Assembly (NCBI GenBank): GCA_009914755.4
Contig: CP068257.2
Span: forward strand, 15,424,001 to 15,488,000
DNA from: the human T2T-CHM13v2.0 reference genome, Homo sapiens
Direction: 5' to 3'
DNA: 64,000 nt
The position numbers were made by a program, and so were the translations under genes. The notes under the pieces are model-generated. The model saw nothing but the letters and a program-made list of their open reading frames with translations, did not search any database and was not told the origin of the DNA. Each line of letters starts with the position of its first letter. Within the stretch, counting starts at the first letter, position 1. Positions 55,068-64,000 of this stretch are shown here, one piece after another.

Positions 55068-57780
55068 GTGGAGGGTAAGTCCATCCCCTTCTTAGTCAAT
55101 ACGGAGGCTACCCACTCCACATTACCTTCTTTTCAAGGGCCTGTTTCCCTTGCCTCCATAACTGTTGTGGGTATTGACAGCCAGGCTTCTAAACCTCTTA
55201 AAACTCCCCAACTCTGGTGCCAACTTAGAAAACATTCGTTTATGCACTCTTTTTTAGTTATCCCCACCTGCCCAGTTCCCTTATTAGGCCAAGACATTTT
55301 AACTAAGTTATCTGCTTCCCTGACTATTCCTGGACTACAGCTGCATCTCATTGCCACCCTTCTCCCCAACCCAAAGCCTCCTTTCCGTCTTCCTCTCATT
55401 TCCCCCCACCTTAACCCACACGTATGGGACATGTCTACTCCTTCCCTGGCAACTGATCACATGCCCCTTACCATCCCATTAAAACCTAATCACCCTTACC
55501 CCACTCAATGCCAATATCCCATCCCACAGCAAGCTTTAAAAGGATTAAAGCCTGTTATCACTCGCCTGCTACAGCATGGGCTTCTAAAACCTATAAACTC
55601 CCCTTACAATTCCCCCATTTCACCTGTCCTAAAACCAGACGTGGCTTACAGGTTAGTTCAAGATCTGCGCCTTATCAACAAAATTGTTTTGCCTATCCAC
55701 CCCGTGGTGCCAAACCCATATACTCTCCTATTCTCTATACATCCCTCCACAATCCATTAGTGTGTTCTAGATCTCAAACATGCTTTCTTTACTATTCCTT
55801 TGCACCCTTCATCCCAGCCTCTCTTCACTTTCTCTTGGACCGACCCTGACACCCATCAGGCTCAGCAAATGACCTGGGCTGTACTGATGCAAGTCTTCAC
55901 AGATGGCCCCTATTATTTCAGTCAAGCCCAAATTTCTTCCTCATCTGTTACCTCTCTTGACATCATAAAAACACATGTGCTCTCCCTGCTGACCATGTCC
56001 GGCTAATCTCCCAAACCCCAATCCCTTCTAAAACACAACAACTCCTTTCCTTCCTAGGCATGGTTAGTGTGGTCAGAATTCTTACACAAGAGCCGGGACC
56101 ACACCCTGTAGCCTTTCTGCCCAAACAACTTGACCTTACTCTTTTAGCCTAGCCCTCATGTCTGCGTGCAGTGGCTGCCACTGCTTTAATACTTTTAGAG
56201 GCCCTAAAAATCACAAACTATGCTCAACTCACTCTCTACAGTTCTCATAACTTCCAAAATCTATTCTCTTCCTCACACCTGATGCATATACTTTCTGCTC
56301 CCCGGCTCCTTCAGCCGTACTCACTCTTTGTTGAGTCTCCCACAATTACCATTGTTCCTGGCTCAGACTTCAATCTGGCCTCCCACATTATTCCGGATAC
56401 CACACCTGACCCTCATGACTGTATGTCTCTGATCCACCTGATGTTCACCCCATTTCCCCACATTTCCTTCTTCCCTGTTTCTCACCCTGATCACACTTGG
56501 TTTATTGATGGCAGTTCCACCAGGCCTAATCGCCACTCACCAGCAAAGGCAGGCTATGCAATAGTATCTTCCACATCTGTTATTGAGGCTACCACTCTGC
56601 CCCCCTCCACTACCTCTTAGCAAGCCAAACTAGTTGCCTTAACTCAGGCCCTTACTCACTGTTGCAAAAGGACAATGCGTCAATATTTATACTGACTCTA
56701 AATATGCCTTTCATATCCTGCACCACCATGCTATTATATAGGCTGAAAGAGGTTTCCTCACTAGCAAGGGTCCTCCATCATTAATGCCTCTTTAATAAAA
56801 ACTCTGCTCAAGGCCGCTTTACTTCCAAAGGAAGCTGAAGTCATTCACTGCAAAGGCCATCAAAAGGGGTTAGATCCCATTGCTCTAGGCAATGCTTATG
56901 CTGATAAGGTGGCTAGACAAGCAGCTAGCTTTCCACCTTCTGTCCCTCATGGCCAGTTTTTCTCCTTCACATCAGTCACTCCCACCTACTCTCCCGCTGA
57001 AACTTCCACCTATCAATCTCTTCCCACACAAGGCAAATGGTTCTTAGACCAAGGAAAATATCTCCTTCCAGCCCCACAGGCCCATTCTATTCTGTCGTCA
57101 TTTCATAACCTCTTCCATGTAGGTTACAAGCCGCTAACCCATCTTGTAGAACCTCTCATTTCCTTTCCATCCTGGAAATCTATCCTCAAGGAAATCACTT
57201 CTCAGTGTTCCATTTGCTATTCTACTACCCCTCAGGGATTGTTCAGGCCCCCTCTCTTTCCTACACATCAAGCTTGAGGATTTGCCCCTGCCCAAGACTG
57301 GCAAATTGACTTTACTCACATGCCCCAAGTCAGAAAACTAAAATATCTCTTAGCCTAGGTAGACACTTTCACTGGATAGGTAGAGGCCTTTCCTACAGGG
57401 TCTGAGAAGGCCACTGCGGTCATTTCTTCCCTTCTGTCAGACATAATTCCTCGGTTTGGCCTTCCCACCTCTATACAGTCCGATAGCACACCAGCCTTTA
57501 TTAGTCAAATCAGCCAAGCATTTTTTCAGACTCTTAGTATTCAGTGAAACCTTTATATCCCTTACAGTCCTCAGTCTTCAGGAAAAGTAGAACAGACTAA
57601 TAGTCTTTTAAAAACACCTCACCAAGCTCAGCCACCAACTTAAAAAGGACTAGACAATACTTTTACCACTTGCCCTTCTCAGAATTCAGGCCTGTCCTCA
57701 GAATGCTACAAGGTACAGACCATTTGAGCTCCCGTAGAGACGCTCCTTTATATTAGGCCCCGGTCTCATTCCAGACACCG
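55068..57780 (+). pseudogene. HERV-H pro-pol remnants: aspartic protease, reverse transcriptase (with the family-typical internal deletion), RNase H and integrase, across many frameshifts and stops
   Basis: Protease: ..IPFLVNTEATHSTLPSF..VVGIDSQ...LLGQDILTKL (the DTGA active site has decayed to NTEA). RT N-terminus: LKPVITRLLQHGLLKPINSPYNSPISPVLKPD.AYRLVQDLRLINKIVLPIHPVVPNPYTLL, then VLDLKHAFFTIPLHPSSQPLFTFSWTDPD, both like MLV RT. After a deletion that removes the YXDD region: PVAFLPKQLDLTLLA.PSCLRAVAATALILLEALKITNYAQLTL (MLV: [34 protein letters not shown]). RNase H: HTWFIDGSS...KAGYAIVS...LPPSTTSQQAKLVALTQAL. Integrase: zinc-binding HNLFHVGYKPL..CSICYSTTP and core ..DWQIDFTHMP..VDTFTG.VEAFPT. 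Confidence 0.85.
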
Positions 57781-58367
57781 GACCAACTTGGACTGTGCCC
57801 CAAAAAACTTGTCATCCCTACTATCTTCTGTCTACTCATACTCCTATTCACCATTCTCAACTACTCATACATGCCCTGCTCTTGTTTACACTGCTGATTT
57901 ACACTGTTTCTCCAAGCCATCACAGCTGATATCTCCTGGTGCTATCCCCAAACCGCCACTCTTAACTCTTAAAGTAAATAAATAATCTTTGCTGGCAGGA
58001 CTATGCTGAATCCCCTTAGGCACTCTCTAATTAGATGTCCTAGGTCCTCCCAATTCTTAGACCTTTAATACCTGTTTTTCTCCTTCTCTTATTCCGTTTA
58101 GTTTTTCAATTCATACAAAACCACATCCAGACCATCACCAATAATTCTAAATGACAAATGTTTCTTCTAACAATCCCACAATGTCACCCCTTACCACAAA
58201 ATCTTCCTTCAGCTTCATCTCTCGCACTCTAGGTTCCCACGCCGCCCCTAATCCCGCTTGAAGCAACCCTGAGAGACATCACCCATTCTCTCTCTCCATA
58301 CCACCCCCAAAAATTTTCACCACCCCAACACTTCAACACTATTTTGTTTTATTTTTCTTATTAATAT

Positions 58368-58380
58368 AAGAAGGCAGGAA
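58368..58380 (+). promoter_or_regulatory. Polypurine tract immediately 5' of the 3' LTR7
   Basis: aagaaggcaggaa directly abuts TGTCAGG at 58381. Confidence 0.7.
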
Positions 58381-58800
58381 TGTCAGGCCTCTGAGCCCAA
58401 GCTAAGCCATCGCAGCCCCTGTGACTTGCAGGTATATATGCCCAGATGGCCTGAAGTAACTGAAGAATCACAAAAGAAGTGAAAATGCCCTGCCCGGCCT
58501 TAACTGATGACATTCCACCACAAAAGAAGTGAAAATGGCCAGTCCTTGCCTTAAGTGATGACATTACCTTGTAAAAATCCTTTTCCTGGCTCATCCTGGC
58601 TCAAAAAGCTCCCCTACTAAGCACCTTGCAACCCCCACTCCTGCCCACCAGAGAACAATCCCCCTTTGACTGTAATTTTCCTTTACCTACCCAAATCCTA
58701 TAAAGTGGCCCCACCCCTGTCTCCCTTCGCTAACTCTCTTTTTGGACTCAGCTTTGCTGATCTCAACTAATAAAAGTGTTTTTGTTGACATTTTTCTAAC
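58381..58800 (+). mobile_element. HERV-H 3' LTR7 (U5 end diverged)
   Basis: Collinear with the 5' LTR through ..ctctttttggactcagc (about 58758). The last 50 bp or so are diverged (ctcaactaataaaagtgtttttgttgac against gtgattaaaagctttattgctcac). TATA-like cctataaagtggcccc at about 58699. Confidence 0.8.
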
Positions 58801-60756
58801 AGAAAAACAATGCATTCTGAGAAACAGAATAATAACGTGGAACAACTGCTTCTTCCTGCCAAAACTTTATTTGAAGTTTGTTAAAAAAAAAAAAAGTTAA
58901 GACAAACAATTATAATGACTTTTCATTAGCAAAAAGCTCTACTTTAAAAATAAAACTCTAGGACAACTTTTTTCAGATTCAGCATACAGGTGAAATTCAA
59001 TTTATAACTCTCTGAAAACCTGTTGGAGCACTTTCCTGTTGCTTTTCTCATTTTATATCACATTCTGTGCTATTTTTAAAGAAACTCAATGTGCCAAGTG
59101 GAAAATGTTTTTACATGCTATGAAAGATAAAAAGTGCTTTTTCCCCCAAGGATGTTTTACACATTAACCTGTTTTCCTTTGCTTTCTATTTTTCACATGC
59201 CCCTTGCTCATATGTTTTGACTGGTTTTGCTCCAATGAAGGCAAAGCCACGCCCATCAGGAACTTCAAAGTCATTGAAACTCACCAAAGACCAACTCCTA
59301 TGATCAGCCCGTGGACAATACCGGTTATTTTCAAACCAGTCCTTAGTCACCAGGATTCTTGACAAGCTCCTGCAAAGCAGACACAGGTTTGTCTTGGTGG
59401 AAGCTGCTGACTGTCATCCCCTCAGTTTGAAACTCGAGGTCCTGCTTTGGTGTGGAAGCAGAGCTTTTCTTGGCAGGTGAAAGATTGCTTAGCAAAGGAA
59501 ACGGTGTCAAATGGAATATGTCAGAACCTATCTCAGAACAAGGTCACCCTGACCCTAAATGAATTCCACAAAAACTCATTGGAGACACTGTTTTGCAAAT
59601 CTGGACTTCAACCAAAAAGAAAGAAAAGTGGACCACAGTAACCAAAGCTTTCCTCATCCTTCAGGTTGAGGTCTGGAAAACAGAATCAAAGCCTCCCTTC
59701 AATTCCTCCTCACCACCTGCCTTACCCAGATGTACATTTTAAATTTAATCATAAATCACATAAAACAGGTAACACAGATGAATTCAAATGAGGTGGATTG
59801 CATGCATGGAAGGCCAGTGCAGTATAGTTTACCAATGATTACAAGTATACTTTCTGCTTAATGTACATCACAACCATGTTAAGTGAGTTACTACTAACCA
59901 CATTTCATGGGTGATGAAATGAGATATGCCATTTTGGGGGCCTGCCTGTGATAGGCCACACAGAAAATAAAGAGGAAAATGCATCCTTGGGCTAGGCTCT
60001 TTCCGATCTTTCTCTCAACATTCTTTCGATGGCAGCAGCTCAGAGACAATGAGGACCTATCAATCTGCCTTTCTCCAATTCTCCTACCCCAGTCACCTAA
60101 TGTTACCTAAACCCAAAAAGGAAATATATACAACTTCAAACTCTTCTCTAAACACTAATTCTCCTGGTCGAAGCTTCAGCAAGGATGCCTTCCACCTCTC
60201 AAGGGCACCCCACCGACTGATTCCTCTGTGTCCTGAAGATCCCTATTGTGGCTAGTGGATAATAACGCTCAGGAATGTACTTCTACCCCATGAACCAGAA
60301 CACTGTAAAACTGTTGTTCACATTTATCCAATAAAATCCAGACAATACATCTGGTTCTTTTTATATTTTTAATAGTGGAAATGTGTTTGTGATTTAAAAA
60401 CTTAGTTTCTGTCAAAAGAAGTATAATACATAGTATTCAACAGTTTCAGGATCTCTTGTCAAAAGAGATAATTGCAGAACTTTAACAGACTAACATGGTA
60501 CTATATAGAAAAATGACCTCTAAAATATAACACATGGTTTTAGCTTCTAGGGATGATATCTGAAAGTTAATCCGACATTTATAACCAACTGACCAGGATG
60601 TTCAAAAACTCATGGCCCTAAGGCGTCTAGGAGACAATTAAGAAGAATGGACATTACTCACAATGGGAACAATTTCCAGCTTTGCAGAGGAACACAGATT
60701 TGGGGGGCTTTGCAGCCGTCCCTCATAATGGGAACAATTCATATTTTCTTCCCTTA

Positions 60757-60964
<208 letters not shown>

Positions 60965-63900
60965 CGAGGGAACTTTGCGAAAGTGTGGTTAGAAAACTAG
61001 AGTTGGATAGTTAGGCTTATTTTAAGAAGTTTAAATATTATTTAGAAGAGAAAAAGAAACTACTTCTTATCCCTGACTCATCCACTCTTTCTCATTTTCA
61101 TGTTTTTGCCTGACGTTGTTGCTCATCAATTTTGACTTAAGAAAATTCTAGCAACATTTATAGATTTTGCCAAAATTCAGCTTCTTCCCAAATCAATCTA
61201 TAAGAAGGCTCTTCCTTAAACATAATTTTTATATCTATGAACTGCACTAGCATTTACTATATATTTTTATCACTCTCACCATTACTGGATAATAAATAAA
61301 AGCTCATTAAAAGAGTTAACAAAACATATTTATTTTAGGCATCCTGAAAAAAAGATTCAATTTTATTATCATTTCTACAATAAGTATTGAAGAAAGGAGA
61401 ATTTAAATTACTTCATATACGTGATAAAGGAAAACATATACAAGGCAAATAAACATCTTAGATCATGACATATAAAATAATAGATTATTACTAAAGATTA
61501 AAATACTTTCTTAAGAATTAAAGCAATTCTAAAAGCAATAGTAAATAACATTCTTTCTAGTGATCAGACACTGGATACTATGTTTGAGATAGACAGTGAA
61601 TTGGGAATGTTGTTTTACAGAAGCTCCTACCTTGCAAGGACAGGCAAGTTTAAATGTCAGCTAGAAAACTATCTTGAGTTTTCAGTAATGTAAGATTTTC
61701 CTATTCAATTTCACACTTTAAATTTTATATATATATAAAAGTCATGATTCTATTGAAAAAATTTCTAAATTGGTACATTTAACTTTATATTCTATTATTA
61801 TAAAATACAAACAGATTATTAAGCACAGCTGCACAAAGTCGTCATTTCAAAAGAGTTTTAAGAACTGGATAAGCAAATAAGTGTAACCTTAGTCATGTTA
61901 GGAATAAGAGAATTCAGTGGAACAATAGTGTGTGAGTTTCCTTTCAATTTTTTCATCCTCACAATGGAGAATCAGCTGGGGAGCCAGATTTACGAATAAT
62001 ATTTATTCCACTTGTGTTACATAGAGTGTTCTTATGTTAAGAAAGTTGTCAGGATTTTAATTAACATTGCGAAAATTTATTTACATAAATATGCAAAGAA
62101 ATCACACTAATATTGAAGAGCCACAAAACAATAAAAAATTATTAAAGAAAGACAATCTCAGAGCACTAGCGACCTGTCCTTAGTGTGTTCCATACAAATT
62201 TGTTGTATTGCCTGTAAGCCATTTATCTCTTCCTTATCAATTCTTTCCTTTCTTTCCACAAAATTATCCCTAGCTAGTTCACAGGATTGTTATAAACATC
62301 AAATGAAATGATGAATATTCATGTACTTCATAAGTTATAAAATGCTTATCCAATATGAAACAGTGTTTTTATTGTGTGTGTTGAATAAGAAAGGAAAGTT
62401 TGAGGTTTCCAGCTAATTGTCTTTCAAATTTGAAACACGTGTCATAGTAATTATCCTTTTGTATCTCTTTTTTTAGAATTCTTGAGTGATGGGTGCTACA
62501 GATCTGAAAATCATTATGCTGGAATATTTCCACTCCTCCCAACCACAAATATGTGTCTATCAAGAGAGGCTGTATGTTGCTGTGAATCCCAAATGGTATT
62601 AATTGAATTAGAGGTTCTAAAATATCATTGTGAACATTTAAAAAGTTCTGCCATTTCTAATTGGTTCATGGTTGTGTAACAAAAATTGTGAATGTATTTT
62701 GAAGCAACTCAGAATGATAAAATGAGATTTTACTCAAACCCTTCATATAATTTCACCTTGATTCTAGAATCATTGGGTGAGTTACATCAAGTATTTCAAT
62801 AAGCAATAAAAAAGTTAGAATGGGGGGAAAGGACCAGATGGCCAACTAGATGCAGCTAGGAAATACCTCTCCCATTGAAAGAAAGCAGAATATGAAGTAA
62901 ACCATCATATTTTGAACAGATCTTTTGAGAGAAAATACTGAACATCAATAAAGGGGGGATGCAGAAACTGAGGTTGAAGACAGAGAAAGCTGGGAAGCCT
63001 ACACTGAGTCACCGAGTGTCAGACTGGCTCCTGGTCCTGAACAAGTCCTAAGGAAGGGTTAAGTGAAGGAAGTCCAGGGCACCACACTCCCATCATGGAC
63101 CTCTGGGATCCTAGCTACAAAAGATCCCATGACTCCATAGACATTTGAATTGGCAGGGGAAACTGCCTGGAAAGTAAGAAGAAGAAGAGCTCAAAACTGT
63201 GTGGAGCTCAGAAGGTGTTATAGCTCATGGTACAGCTGCAGCAAAACATCACCCAGGCATTCATCCCCCAAGGCTCCCCATCTGGATCCAAGTGACTATA
63301 ACAACTGCTGACTGTCAGGCCAGGAGAGAGCAGGATTGTCTTTCCTCTGGGACCGGAAAGCATCTGATCCCTGTGCTGCCCCTTGTCTGCCAGCCCCTTC
63401 CAAGGCCACGGGTCCGGCCACTCCCACAAGAGAGTGAACACAGAACAGCCTCCACTTCCCATCTGAGTGTTTTGCTGGCAACCTGGGATTAGTTCAGCAC
63501 CCCAAGTACAACTGGTGCTTGACCCTGAGGGGCCAGAGGAAAAAGCTGTGGCCCAATTCCCAAACCCCTAGGTTTGAGTATACCACCCACAGGTATTGAG
63601 CTGAGATCTGTGGCTAGAGCTTGAGCAGGGGAGGAGCCTCTACTCTCAGAACACAGAAAACAGTGAGGCACAGGTTTATGTTCAGGCATGGGAGCTGAGC
63701 ATCCCTCCCTCAGCAAGACTGGTGCAGGAAGTGTGTAGCCTGTTGGGCAGCCACAGCTTTTGCCCAAGGCAGCCCCATGGCATGGAACACCTGGAATAGC
63801 CCAGTGATCTGGGTGAAGAAGGCTTCAGACAAATCTAGCTGTTCAGGCCTACTCCTGGGGCAGACAGCAGAGGGAAACTGGGTCAGGGGAACACAAGCTG

Positions 63901-64000
63901 GGGAGGCCCCAAGGCCACCTGCTGGTTAAAAATCCCAGGCCATGCGCACCACACCAGCTGCACACCTGTGGCATCACAGTCTTGCCAGCGGATCCTTCAC

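Larger units (their letters stand above)
52474..58800 (+). mobile_element. HERV-H provirus, common deleted type (LTR7 - HERVH internal - LTR7), about 6.3 kb
   Basis: 5' LTR7 at 52474-52919 and 3' LTR7 at 58381-about 58800, both starting TGTCAGGCCTCTGAGCCCAAGCTAAGCCATCGCA with 41-bp U3 repeats and a TATA-like ctataaa. Primer-binding site TGGTGCCGTGACTCAGAT 9 nt after the U5 end. Leader sequence ..gatcgggggacctcccttgggagatcaatcccctgtcctcctgctctttgctcc..aaatcgggtaagcggcc. Degenerate gag-pro-pol remnants. Polypurine tract aagaaggcaggaa directly before the 3' LTR. Most of env and part of pol are missing, as in the abundant deleted HERV-H form. Confidence 0.9.

Overview
This window reads as human (hominoid) nuclear DNA from a repeat-dense, AT-rich region with few or no genes. 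It is not a prokaryotic locus, and I found no CRISPR array, defence island or other novel system. Almost every long ORF in the supplied six-frame track is either a translation of a simple repeat or a decayed transposon ORF.

Recognisable content, in rough order of size:
- A full-length LINE-1 of the L1PA lineage (about 21565-27587, + strand) with intact 17-bp target-site duplications (TSDs), a CpG-containing 5'UTR promoter and mutationally disrupted ORF1 and ORF2.
- An older full-length L1 (about 35346-43996, + strand) whose ORF2 is interrupted by a complete THE1-type MaLR retrotransposon (LTR-internal-LTR, 40071-42342, - strand, 5-bp TSD).
- A deleted-type HERV-H provirus (LTR7 - internal - LTR7, about 52474-58800, + strand). 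It has a tRNA-His-type primer-binding site, a polypurine tract, and degenerate gag (CA/NC), protease, RT, RNase H and integrase remnants.
- A solitary LTR7 (18785-19233) embedded in a long GAA/GGA purine microsatellite.
- At least ten Alu elements or fragments. One (31114-31448) carries the AluYb8-diagnostic 7-bp duplication and perfect 13-bp TSDs, so it is a young, possibly polymorphic insertion.
- Several solitary MaLR LTRs (THE1/MST-like), MIR fragments, and multiple microsatellites: (TA)n, (CA)n, (GA)n, (TATC)n and GA-rich triplet repeats.

I could not support any cellular protein-coding exon or RNA gene from sequence alone.

Things worth a second look:
- the HERV-H locus, including an internal 21/42-bp tandem repeat;
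- the young AluYb8-like insertion;
- the nested THE1-in-L1 structure;
- an imperfect palindrome of about 500 bp (about 9510-10030);
- a direct low-copy duplication of about 112 bp (7003-7114 and 9009-9121);
- the LTR7 sitting inside a triplex-prone purine tract.
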